Source of the DNA: Patescibacteria group bacterium
Lineage (GTDB): Bacteria; Patescibacteriota; Minisyncoccia; Phycocordibacterales; DATDWN01
Assembly (NCBI GenBank): GCA_040384485.1
Contig: JAZKJH010000002.1
Location: 22,235 to 86,234, forward strand
DNA: 64,000 nt
Direction of reading: 5' to 3'
Below the pieces are notes generated by a model that was not told the DNA's origin, did not search any database, and was given only the letters and a program-made list of their open reading frames with translations. Numbering within the stretch: position 1 is the stretch's first letter; each line of letters opens with the position of its first letter. This document shows, piece by piece, positions 44,742 through 53,736 of the stretch. A program made the position numbers and the translations under genes.

Positions 44742-45803
44742 ATGATTAAAAACTTTGAACAACTGAAAAGATTTCTTTCCAACGATATCGGTATCGACCT
44801 TGGTACCGCTAATACACTCGTGTATTTAAGTGGAAAAGGAATAGTTCTTAATGAACCATCTGTTGTGGCAGTAAACCAAAAGACTGGTCGTGTTGTTGCG
44901 GTAGGAAAAGATGCAAAGCAAATGTTGGGTAGAACACCTGGGCATATTCTAGCAGTCCGGCCACTAGTTGATGGTGTTATTTCTGACTTCGAAGTCACAG
45001 AGGAAATGATTACTTATCTTTTAAATAAGGCACAAAAAAATAACAAAAAACTTTTGGGTCCTCGTGTTGTGGTAGGAGTTCCATCTGGAGTTACAAACGT
45101 TGAGACACGAGCTGTGCGAGATGCAACAAAAAACGCAGGAGCAAGTGAGGTTCATATAGTGGAAGAACCAATGGCGGCTGCAATTGGAATAAGACTTCCT
45201 ATCATGGAACCAGTTGGAAACATGATTGTTGATATAGGGGGAGGAACTAGTGACATTGCTGTTATATCTTTGGGTGGAGTTGTACGCTCTAAAAATCTAC
45301 GAATTGCGGGGGACAAACTGAACAACGATATTATTTCGTATGTACGTGGTGAGTTTAAAATTTTAATAGGTGAAAAGACTGCAGAAAATATAAAAATATC
45401 CATCGGGGCTATTTTACCCGGCGATACACCACTTGAAGCTTCTATAAAAGGGCGTGACTTGATTTCCGGTTTGCCACGAGAAGTTATTATTACTGATTCT
45501 GATATTCGGGAAGCTATCTCACAGTCTATAGATACCCTGATAGAGTCGATCAAAGAAGTTTTAGAGACCACACCACCAGAGGTTTTGTCGGATATAATGC
45601 AGAGAGGAATGTATCTAACAGGTGGAGGCGCTCTTATCAATGGACTTGCTCCTCTTATTGAGGAATATACAAAAATTCCTGTTCATGTAGCTCCAGATCC
45701 ACTAACTGCTGTTTGTAGGGGTACAGGTATTATTTTGGAAAATGTAGAAAAATATAGAGATGTGCTAATAGCCAACGAAGATGAACTACCCCCTAAAAAG
45801 TAA
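44742..45803 (+). CDS. mreB: Rod shape-determining protein MreB (paralog 2)
   Basis: IGIDLGTANTLVY...NEPSVVAV...DIGGGTSD. Confidence 0.85.
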   Translation: MIKNFEQLKRFLSNDIGIDLGTANTLVYLSGKGIVLNEPSVVAVNQKTGRVVAVGKDAKQMLGRTPGHILAVRPLVDGVISDFEVTEEMITYLLNKAQKNNKKLLGPRVVVGVPSGVTNVETRAVRDATKNAGASEVHIVEEPMAAAIGIRLPIMEPVGNMIVDIGGGTSDIAVISLGGVVRSKNLRIAGDKLNNDIISYVRGEFKILIGEKTAENIKISIGAILPGDTPLEASIKGRDLISGLPREVIITDSDIREAISQSIDTLIESIKEVLETTPPEVLSDIMQRGMYLTGGGALINGLAPLIEEYTKIPVHVAPDPLTAVCRGTGIILENVEKYRDVLIANEDELPPKK

Positions 45804-46572
45804 ACCAGGGAAAAGTCCGAACAGAAATAAGATAATTTTAATAGCTGTTGTTTTCCTGATTCTTTTAGGTACATCTTTTTTCTTTGCCCCTTCAGCCCGT
45901 AGCGGAGGAAGGTCCGTGCTGACACCTCTTTGGTCAGTTAGAACTGCTGTTTTACGCCCATTTAGTGCCATAGGACAATTTTTTAGTTTTAAAACAACTC
46001 TTATAGAAAAAAACAAAGTCTTAGAGGAAGAGAATGCAACATTGAGATTAAAATCATTTGATTACGATATTTTGCTTCAGGAAAACGAAAGTCTAAAAAG
46101 TAGTTTGGGTAGAAAGGAGAATGAATCTTTTCTTTTTGCAAAAGTTTTATCAAAACCACCAGTTTCTCCATACGATACCTTAGTTTTAGATATCGGTTCG
46201 GAGGATGGGGTTATGCTCGGGAGTAAAGTTTATTTATCAAGCAATGTAATTATTGGTTTGGTAAAGAATGTGACACCAAAAACAGCCTTGGTTGAACTTT
46301 TTTCAAGTAGCTCACAAGAAAATCAACTAACAGTTCTGAGAACAGGTTCTTCGTTTTTAATTGCAGGAAAAGGTGGAGGAAATTTGCAGTTAGAGGTACC
46401 AAAAGACACGGATATTGTGTGGGGTGATGTGTTTGTTTATCCGGATCTAAAAACATCTGTTTTAGGTACTGTGTATTATGTTGATGCGACATCTCAAGGT
46501 TCTTTTAAAACCATACACATCCGACTTTTTGCAAATATTTTTGAAATTAATTCTGTGTTTGTTGCGCGCTAA
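45781..46572 (+). CDS. mreC: Rod shape-determining protein MreC
   Basis: N-terminal TM, coiled-coil (LEEENATLRLK) and a beta-rich C-terminal domain; overlaps the mreB end. Confidence 0.65.
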   Translation: MNYPLKSKPGKSPNRNKIILIAVVFLILLGTSFFFAPSARSGGRSVLTPLWSVRTAVLRPFSAIGQFFSFKTTLIEKNKVLEEENATLRLKSFDYDILLQENESLKSSLGRKENESFLFAKVLSKPPVSPYDTLVLDIGSEDGVMLGSKVYLSSNVIIGLVKNVTPKTALVELFSSSSQENQLTVLRTGSSFLIAGKGGGNLQLEVPKDTDIVWGDVFVYPDLKTSVLGTVYYVDATSQGSFKTIHIRLFANIFEINSVFVAR

Positions 46573-46623
46573 TAGGTTTTGCAAAAAACCTAATTTTAAG
46601 TAGTATATTCTACGGAGGTTTGC

Positions 46624-46944
46624 TTGGTAGATTTTGTTAAGGGATTCTTTTTTCATTGGAGGATTGGGTTGTTGTTGTGGGTGCTCACAGCACTAGGAGG
46701 ATGTTTAAAGTACTCCAACTACCTAGCTCTGTTCATGTTTGTGTCTGGTGGGTTGTTTGGTTATGTTACAAAATTTTATAAACTGAGCCGATCACAGTTT
46801 TTTGTTTTCTGTCTCTTTTTTCTTTGGAAATACGAAGCATTTATGTGGTATGTTGGCGGTTCATTCGAAAGCAGCTTACCCGAATTTGCTCTTGGCTCAG
46901 TTTTGTTTTTTATTGGCACTTTTCTTTACCGGTTTAAACCCTAA
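46624..46944 (+). CDS. Small polytopic membrane protein (possible MreD-like)
   Basis: Hydrophobic 106-aa ORF at the mreD position. Confidence 0.3.
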   Translation: MVDFVKGFFFHWRIGLLLWVLTALGGCLKYSNYLALFMFVSGGLFGYVTKFYKLSRSQFFVFCLFFLWKYEAFMWYVGGSFESSLPEFALGSVLFFIGTFLYRFKP

Positions 46945-46992
46945 CCCGCTCGGCAGATACCTGCTTACGAGCGGGTTTTCTGTTGTGTTACA

Positions 46993-47256
46993 ATGTGTCG
47001 TATGAATAGTAAAAGACTGAGGATGCTAGCTGGTGTAGTGTTACTTATTTCTATCACGTTTGTTCCGTGGTGGGTGTCTTTTTTGTTGATGCTTGCTGCC
47101 GTAGTGTATTTTTACCTGTATGTGGAAGTTTTGTTTCTCGCCTTTTTGTTAGATTTAGTTTATTCACCAGTGTCTACTTTCCCATACGCGCTGCTCTGTA
47201 CTGCATTTGTGGTTTTAGTTTTGTCCGTGTTAATAAAAAGTACAATTAGAAAATAG
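46993..47256 (+). CDS. Small polytopic membrane protein (possible MreD)
   Basis: Hydrophobic 87-aa ORF immediately upstream of PBP2. Confidence 0.3.
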   Translation: MCRMNSKRLRMLAGVVLLISITFVPWWVSFLLMLAAVVYFYLYVEVLFLAFLLDLVYSPVSTFPYALLCTAFVVLVLSVLIKSTIRK

Positions 47257-47257
47257 T

Positions 47258-48958
47258 ATGTTTCATCAATTTAAAAAATTTTTTAAACAAAGAAGATATA
47301 CAAGAAACAAGGATATTGATCCCGATGAGATTTTTTTGGATTCACAAAACTTACCGGATTTTGATGTCAGTCAGTTCGAAGGCACTATCGAAAAACCTAT
47401 TCCAAAAAGTACTTTGAAAGCCCTACTATCTTTTTTACTTCTTGTTGGGGTGTTGTTCGGTTGGAAAGTGTGGGATTTGCAGGTGGTCCAAGGAGAGGAA
47501 CTTAGAAAAAGAAGTGACAATAACAGCTTAAGAAGAATATATATATATGCCGACAGGGGAGTAATCCAAGACAGAAATGGAAAACCACTAGTTTCCAACA
47601 CCATAAACCCGAATTCTGAGGATTTTTCTTTGAGGGTGTATGAGGGGGGATCTGGGTTGTCTACTGTGTTGGGGTACTTAAAGTATCCAACAAAAGACTC
47701 TTCAGGATTTTATTATCAAACCAAATTTGAGCCAAAAGATGGAGTGGAAAAAATATATGATAGTCTGTTATCTGGTGAAAATGGTATCAAAATAATAGAG
47801 ACAGATGTAAAAGGCAGTGTGGTGTCTGAGAGTGTCGTTCAACAGCCGAGAAACGGAACAAATGTTGTGTTGTCTATTGATGCTGGCTTACAAAAGAAAC
47901 TATACGAGTCCATGCTCGATGTCGCAAACAGAGCTGGTTACAAAGGTGGTTCAGGAGTTATTATGGATGTGAGAACAGGAGAGATTTTAGCAATGAGTAG
48001 TTTTCCTGAGTACGATTCGGGAGTAATGACAGACGGCGGTGACTCTGCAAAGATATCAGGTTGGTTACGCGATACCAACTATCCGTTTTTGAACCGTGCA
48101 GTAAATGGGTTGTATACACCAGGCTCTATTATGAAGTTATTTGTTGGTTTAGGTGTATTGGAAGAAGGAGTTATAAATCCCAGCAAGCAAATATTGAGTA
48201 CCGGAACCATGACAGTTCCGAACCCGTTTTTTCCTGACAAGCCGTCCGTTTTTGTTGATTGGAAGGCACACGGACTAGTCGACTTTAGGCGTGCCATTGC
48301 GGTGTCTTCCAACATATATTTCTATCAAGTAACAGGAGGGTACGGAGATCAAAAAGGAATTGGAATTGATAATATTGGAAAGTATGCAAGCATGTTTGGT
48401 TTTGGGCAAAAAACTAATATTAATTTTCCAGGAGAAAAGAACGGTACTATACCTAGTCCCGAGTGGAAGGAAAAAAATTTTGAAGGTGAGATTTGGAGAC
48501 TAGGAGATACTTACAACACTTCTATTGGACAATATGGTTTTCAAGTCTCTCCATTACAAGCTGTGAGAGCTGTCGCAGCTTTGGCTAATGGAGGCAAGCT
48601 CTACACCCCAACTTTACTGAAAGAGGGCGGAGGAGACTTTACATCGCTTCCAGAGCTAAAAGAAAGCAGTTACCGAATAGTAAAAGAAGGTATGAGGCAA
48701 GGAGTAACGGAGGGTACTTCAGGATCCCTGAACTTTCCATTTGTAAAAGTGGCTTCTAAAACAGGTACAGCTCAAATAGGTGTAGGTAATACTGGCGTTA
48801 ACTCTTGGGTAGTGGGTTTTTGGCCATATGAGGATCCAAAATATGCTTACGCAATTGTTATGGAAAGAGGCTCTCTAAATAACCAGTTCGGAGCAACTTT
48901 GGTGATGTATGAATTCCTAAATTGGGCTAGTCTGTATGCAGAGGAGTACTTAAAATAG
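47258..48958 (+). CDS. mrdA: Penicillin-binding protein 2 (elongasome transpeptidase)
   Basis: SIMK (SxxK), SSN and KTGTAQ motifs; N-terminal TM plus dimerisation domain. Confidence 0.8.
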   Translation: MFHQFKKFFKQRRYTRNKDIDPDEIFLDSQNLPDFDVSQFEGTIEKPIPKSTLKALLSFLLLVGVLFGWKVWDLQVVQGEELRKRSDNNSLRRIYIYADRGVIQDRNGKPLVSNTINPNSEDFSLRVYEGGSGLSTVLGYLKYPTKDSSGFYYQTKFEPKDGVEKIYDSLLSGENGIKIIETDVKGSVVSESVVQQPRNGTNVVLSIDAGLQKKLYESMLDVANRAGYKGGSGVIMDVRTGEILAMSSFPEYDSGVMTDGGDSAKISGWLRDTNYPFLNRAVNGLYTPGSIMKLFVGLGVLEEGVINPSKQILSTGTMTVPNPFFPDKPSVFVDWKAHGLVDFRRAIAVSSNIYFYQVTGGYGDQKGIGIDNIGKYASMFGFGQKTNINFPGEKNGTIPSPEWKEKNFEGEIWRLGDTYNTSIGQYGFQVSPLQAVRAVAALANGGKLYTPTLLKEGGGDFTSLPELKESSYRIVKEGMRQGVTEGTSGSLNFPFVKVASKTGTAQIGVGNTGVNSWVVGFWPYEDPKYAYAIVMERGSLNNQFGATLVMYEFLNWASLYAEEYLK

Positions 48959-49021
48959 CTTTGACCAAACCCTTATTTTCTGATATACTTTCGTCATTAA
49001 ATTTAATTCATTTCAAAACCA

Positions 49022-49480
49022 ATGAACGAACACGAGTATTTGACACAAGAGAAATTTGAAGAATTCACAAAAGAGTTAGCTCATCTTAAAAATGTCAAAA
49101 GAAAGGAAGTTGCAGAAAATCTAGAGTATGCAAAGTCACTTGGCGACTTGGCTGAGAATGCAGAATACCACGAGGCAAGAGATGTACAAGGAACTGTAGA
49201 GGATAGAATAATGAAACTTGAGCATTTGCTAAAGTATGCAAAAATCGTATCTGCTAGTTCAGGTGGAGTTGTTAGTATTGGTTCTACTGTGACTGTAAAC
49301 AAAGATGGCAAGAAAACAGACTATATTATCGTAGGTTCAGAGGAATCAAACATTGCTGAAGGAAAGATATCCATGAAATCACCATTTGGACAGGCTATCT
49401 TGGGTAAAAAGAAGGGAGATGAATTTAGTTTCAATGCTCCGAGCGGGGAGGTTTCCTATACAATTGTAGACGTAAAATAA
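49022..49480 (+). CDS. greA: Transcription elongation factor GreA
   Basis: ...GDLAENAEYHEARD... acidic coiled-coil tip and a C-terminal FKBP-like domain. Confidence 0.85.
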   Translation: MNEHEYLTQEKFEEFTKELAHLKNVKRKEVAENLEYAKSLGDLAENAEYHEARDVQGTVEDRIMKLEHLLKYAKIVSASSGGVVSIGSTVTVNKDGKKTDYIIVGSEESNIAEGKISMKSPFGQAILGKKKGDEFSFNAPSGEVSYTIVDVK

Positions 49481-49488
49481 ACGAAACA

Positions 49489-49516
49489 ACAAAAACCCGC
49501 CACTGGCGGTTTTTTG
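49489..49516 (+). terminator. Intrinsic terminator acccgcc-act-ggcgggt? (ccgcc/ggcgg) followed by T6
   Basis: A5 ... hairpin ... T6. Confidence 0.6.
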
Positions 49517-49555
49517 TGCCTTTTAACTTTATAACACATACTATATACTTAAATT

Positions 49556-51013
49556 ATGGCATCACTAGAAGAAATAAGAGAGGGTAGAGTCGCAAAATTA
49601 GAACTATTAAGAAGTAAGGGAATCAATCCTTACCCAGCAAAGGTTCCGAGAGATTTTTCTATTGCTGAACTAAAAACAGATTTTGATAAAAAAATACAAG
49701 AAGCTAAGCCTGTTTCAGTAGCTGGAAGAGTTATGGTAAAGCGCGGACAAGGGGCAATACTTTTTGCTGTTATGTTCGACGGCACAGAAAAAGTTCAGGC
49801 TATTTTCAAAAAAGATGCTATGAGTGAAGAAAGTTTTGCACTTTTTGGAGACACAGTGGATATGGGAGATTTTATTTCCATAACAGGAGTTCCAATGGTT
49901 TCTAAAACTGGAGAGAACAGTATTATGGTAGATACTTGGCTTATGGCTTCTAAATCACTTCTTCCTTTGCCTGAAAAGTGGCATGGACTACAGGATGTGG
50001 AGGAAAGATACAGAAAGCGATACCTGGATTTTTTGATGAACGATGAGTTGCGAGATTTGATATTGAAAAAATCAAAGTTTTGGTCAGCAACCAGAAACTT
50101 TATGATTAAAAAAGGTTTTCTAGAAGTAGAAACACCAACCCTTGAGACTACTACAGGTGGAGCAGAGGCAACACCGTTTAAAACCCACCACAACGATTTT
50201 GACCTGGATGTTTATATGCGTATTTCTATAGGAGAGTTGTGGCAGAAAAGACTCATGGCCGGTGGTTTTCCTAAAACTTTTGAAATAGGGAGGGCTTATA
50301 GAAACGAGGGAACTAGTCCTGAACATGCTCAGGAGTTTACTAACATGGAGTTTTACTGGTCTTTTGCTGACTTTAATGACGGAATGAACTTGGTTCGCGA
50401 AATGTACATCGAAATAGCTAATGAAGTTTTTGGTACTACAAAGTTCACTGCAAAAGGTCACACATTTGATTTGGGAGACGAGTGGACCAAAATAGATTAT
50501 GCTGGAGAAGTTTTAAAACAAACAGGCATAGATATTCACAGTGCCACGATGGAGGATATGGAGAAAAAGCTTCAAGAGCTTGGTGTAAAATATGATGGAG
50601 AAAATCGAGAGAGGCTTATGGATACTTTGTGGAAGTACTGCAGGAAAAACATTTCTGGTCCAGCTTTCCTAATAAACCACCCAACTATCGTAGCTCCACT
50701 TGCAAAAAGTAATGTTGACGGCAAAACAGTACAGAGATTTCAGCCTATTTTTGCGGGGAGTGAAGTGGGTAACGGTTACTCAGAGTTGAACGACCCAATA
50801 GATCAGCGAAATAGATTTGAAGAACAACAAAAACTAATAGACAAAGGAGATACAGAAGCTATGATGGCCGACTATGAATTCGTAGAGATGCTAGAACACG
50901 GAATGCCACCTACATGTGGTTTTGGTTTCGGGGAAAGAATGTTTGCAATCCTTGCAGACAAACCATTACGTGAACTACAAGCATTTCCACTCATGAGACC
51001 AAAAAGCGACTAG
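49556..51013 (+). CDS. lysS: Lysyl-tRNA synthetase (class II)
   Basis: N-terminal OB anticodon-binding domain and class II motifs (..FLEVETP.., ..GFGFGERM..). Confidence 0.9.
   Translation: MASLEEIREGRVAKLELLRSKGINPYPAKVPRDFSIAELKTDFDKKIQEAKPVSVAGRVMVKRGQGAILFAVMFDGTEKVQAIFKKDAMSEESFALFGDTVDMGDFISITGVPMVSKTGENSIMVDTWLMASKSLLPLPEKWHGLQDVEERYRKRYLDFLMNDELRDLILKKSKFWSATRNFMIKKGFLEVETPTLETTTGGAEATPFKTHHNDFDLDVYMRISIGELWQKRLMAGGFPKTFEIGRAYRNEGTSPEHAQEFTNMEFYWSFADFNDGMNLVREMYIEIANEVFGTTKFTAKGHTFDLGDEWTKIDYAGEVLKQTGIDIHSATMEDMEKKLQELGVKYDGENRERLMDTLWKYCRKNISGPAFLINHPTIVAPLAKSNVDGKTVQRFQPIFAGSEVGNGYSELNDPIDQRNRFEEQQKLIDKGDTEAMMADYEFVEMLEHGMPPTCGFGFGERMFAILADKPLRELQAFPLMRPKSD
50937..50997 (+). repeat. 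Direct repeat copy 1: the functional 3' end of lysS
   Basis: gaatgtttgcaatccttgcagacaaaccattacgtgaactacaagcatttccac... is repeated at 51401..51458. Confidence 0.7.
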
Positions 51014-51035
51014 TACTTATTAAGTTATCTAGATT

Positions 51036-51311
51036 ATGAGTCCAAAATTTAAAACAATATTATCTACCGTTCTTCTGTTGGCTATCATACCTGTCTGGTT
51101 TTGGAGTTTATTGATGGCAATGCTTACAGATGGCAGAGTTTGTTACGGTAGTGATGTTTGTTGGTATTCAGTATACTTTAGTTTGTATATTTTACCTCTT
51201 ACTCCGATCGCATATGTTACATATCTAATAACAAAAAAAGATATCTACTTTTATATTATTTTGAGTTTGTTTGGTTTTGCATGCCTAGCTTTTTTATTGA
51301 TGACTTTATAA
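51036..51311 (+). CDS. Small three-TM membrane protein located between the duplicated lysS 3'-end segments
   Basis: Hydrophobic 91-aa ORF. Confidence 0.35.
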   Translation: MSPKFKTILSTVLLLAIIPVWFWSLLMAMLTDGRVCYGSDVCWYSVYFSLYILPLTPIAYVTYLITKKDIYFYIILSLFGFACLAFLLMTL

Positions 51312-51400
51312 CAAACAAATGTAAGTAATATTTCTGCAATACACTTGGAGAATTTATTAACTGAATAAATAATTAGTAACATAAGCTGATTTTATAGAGA

Positions 51401-51458
51401 GAATGCTCGCAATCCTTGTAGACAAACCATTACGTGAACTACAAGCATTTCCATTGAG
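51401..51458 (+). repeat. Direct repeat copy 2: an orphan, slightly diverged fragment of the lysS 3' end (would encode ...ERMLAILVDKPLRELQAFPL...), with no upstream ORF
   Basis: About 93% identity to 50937..50992; in-frame stops lie immediately upstream. Confidence 0.7.
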
Positions 51459-51536
51459 GTGTCGTAATACAGTATAAAATTTGTTTTTCCTGGGGATGGA
51501 CTACTGTACCTAGATCTGATAGTCTTTTTCACAGAG

Positions 51537-51848
51537 GTGAAAATGTTCGAGTCAGTCAGGGAATTTCTTGCCAAATATAACATCAGTTTGTGGTCAACCG
51601 CTGAGAGCAAACCGAAGGAAGTCAAAAGACTGTATTTTGACTTCTCAGAAGCTGGATGGAATAGGCTGGTTGAGCTGTCAGAAGCTGCAGATCAGACACC
51701 CCAAGCTTTCGCGATCGATGCGATGCGGGAGTCCATGCTGTTTCGAGATCTTTTGGCCACAGCCAAAGCACAAGGCCACGATTTAGTCGTGGGGGTCATC
51801 CACGAAGACGGTTCTGCAGAAGAGATACCGCTTTTCAAAGCACAGTAA
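51537..51848 (+). CDS. Hypothetical protein (GC-rich island)
   Basis: GC-rich 103-aa ORF followed by a terminator. Confidence 0.35.
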   Translation: MKMFESVREFLAKYNISLWSTAESKPKEVKRLYFDFSEAGWNRLVELSEAADQTPQAFAIDAMRESMLFRDLLATAKAQGHDLVVGVIHEDGSAEEIPLFKAQ

Positions 51849-51854
51849 TTTTAA

Positions 51855-51888
51855 GGTCCTAACTACATCAGTAGTTGGGGCCTTTTTG
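51855..51888 (+). terminator. Imperfect hairpin aggtcctaactac/gtagttggggcct followed by T5
   Basis: About 13-bp stem with two mismatches or wobbles. Confidence 0.45.
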
Positions 51889-51986
51889 TTATCCACATAT
51901 AGAGTGGGATGCGGTGTTTCACAGTGGGAAGGAGTGGTATATAATGTTATCTAAGTGGGAAAGAGTGGGAAATTAATAAAAATGAA

Positions 51987-52421
51987 ATGCTCATAGGCGA
52001 ATACACACACGCAATAGACGATAAAAACAGATTGTCTTTGCCTGCAAAGTTTCGAAAAATAATGGGCAAGAAAGTTTATATAACTCCAGGACTCGATTCT
52101 TGCTTGTTCGTTTTTACACCAAAAGAGTGGGAGAAAATAGAAGAGAAACTTTCCCAATCTTCGATGGGTCAATCTGACAGTAGAAGTTTCAGTAGACATA
52201 TGTTTGCTGGTGCATCTGAAGCAGAGGTCGACTCTATTGGTCGTATACTCGTTCCTGATTTTCTACGAGAAAAAGCAAACCTAAAAAGCAAATGCGTGAT
52301 TATAGGTGTCTCAAGTAGAGTAGAAATATGGAATGAGAAAACTTGGATCGAGTATAAAAAGGTTGTTGAAAAACAAGCTGACAATCTCGCTGAAAAGTTG
52401 GGACAAGTAGGAGTGATTTAA
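51987..52421 (+). CDS. mraZ: Transcriptional regulator MraZ
   Basis: Two DxxxR-type repeats (DDKNRLSLP...; DSIGRILVP). Confidence 0.85.
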   Translation: MLIGEYTHAIDDKNRLSLPAKFRKIMGKKVYITPGLDSCLFVFTPKEWEKIEEKLSQSSMGQSDSRSFSRHMFAGASEAEVDSIGRILVPDFLREKANLKSKCVIIGVSSRVEIWNEKTWIEYKKVVEKQADNLAEKLGQVGVI

Positions 52422-52422
52422 T

Positions 52423-53322
52423 ATGATCCACAAATCAGTTCTTTTACATGAATCAATAGATGGTTTGGAAATAAAGAAAGGTGATGTTTTTGTTGATGGA
52501 ACTCTAGGCAACGGAGGACACACTGAAATTGTTGCAAAAAGGTTTGGCGATGCCGTTGTCATGATCGGTATCGACCTTGATCCTGAAGCTATATCACGCA
52601 CAAAGGAGCGTCTCGCTCCACTAAATGTGTCAGTAAAGTTTGCAGAAGAGAGTTTTCGCCACATAGATAAAGTTATAAAGTCGCTCGGTGTGGCCCAAGT
52701 AGACAAAATACTTTTAGACATCGGCCTTTCATCAAACCAGTTTGAAGAGTCAGGAAGGGGATTTTCTTTTCAAAAGAATGAACCTTTGATTATGTCTTTT
52801 AAAAAAGACCTAACTGAGAACGACCTGACAGCTCGAGAGATAGTAAACACCTGGGAGGCAGAAAACATCCAGGCGATACTATCTGGCTACGGTGAAGAAC
52901 AGTTTGCTTGGAAGATAGCCAAAGCAATAGTTGCCAGAAGGGAAGAAAGTCCTATTGAAACAACCTTTGACTTGGTGGAGATAATCAAAATAGCAACACC
53001 AAAGTTCTATCATCACAGAAAGATTCACCCAGCTACTAAAACATTCCAAGCTCTTCGTATCGCTGTGAACGACGAGTTGGAGAGCTTGAAGGATGGGTTG
53101 AAGAATGGTTTTGACTCACTCTCAGTCGGCGGAATGATTGCGGTCATATCTTTCCATAGTTTGGAGGACCGCATAGTAAAAAGGTTTTTTAAAGAAAAGG
53201 AAGAAAGCGAAAAAGGTGAGAGGGTTACCAAAAGACCTGTGACTGCCAAGGATTCAGAGTTAAAAGAGAATCCAAGAGCACGAAGTGCAAAACTAAGGAT
53301 ATTTAAGAAAACAGCGAACTAA
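52423..53322 (+). CDS. rsmH: 16S rRNA (cytosine1402-N4)-methyltransferase RsmH/MraW
   Basis: HKSVLLHE...DGTLGNGGHT SAM-binding motif. Confidence 0.85.
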   Translation: MIHKSVLLHESIDGLEIKKGDVFVDGTLGNGGHTEIVAKRFGDAVVMIGIDLDPEAISRTKERLAPLNVSVKFAEESFRHIDKVIKSLGVAQVDKILLDIGLSSNQFEESGRGFSFQKNEPLIMSFKKDLTENDLTAREIVNTWEAENIQAILSGYGEEQFAWKIAKAIVARREESPIETTFDLVEIIKIATPKFYHHRKIHPATKTFQALRIAVNDELESLKDGLKNGFDSLSVGGMIAVISFHSLEDRIVKRFFKEKEESEKGERVTKRPVTAKDSELKENPRARSAKLRIFKKTAN

Positions 53323-53352
53323 ATTATTAATTAACAAATACATATAAAAGTT

Positions 53353-53676
53353 ATGACAGAAAAGATTTTAAGTAAGGTTTCAACTTTGGACAAAGAGAGA
53401 GTGTTGTTTTGGGCCATGTTGTCGCTACTTGTTTTGTGTGCTGGTTTTTACATGTATTTCATAAACTCTACAGTTTACAATACTGTCGCGAGACAAAACT
53501 TTGAGACAGAGGCTTCAGCTCTTGCTCTAGAGATAGGAAAGGATGAATTTTCATATATAGCAAAAAGAAACACCATAACTGTGGATTTGGCTTATACACT
53601 AGGTTTCAAGGATGTTGCGGTGAAAAAATATGTTACACGAGGAAGTAGTGACAAGTTTGCATTCTTAGATAGATAG
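53353..53676 (+). CDS. FtsL-like small single-TM division protein (assigned by position)
   Basis: 107-aa ORF with one TM, lying between rsmH and ftsI. Confidence 0.4.
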   Translation: MTEKILSKVSTLDKERVLFWAMLSLLVLCAGFYMYFINSTVYNTVARQNFETEASALALEIGKDEFSYIAKRNTITVDLAYTLGFKDVAVKKYVTRGSSDKFAFLDR

Positions 53677-53736
53677 GTTTTTGTAGGTTTGTTAATCCTC
53701 CGTTTTCTGAGATAATAGAGCGAACCTAATATTTTA

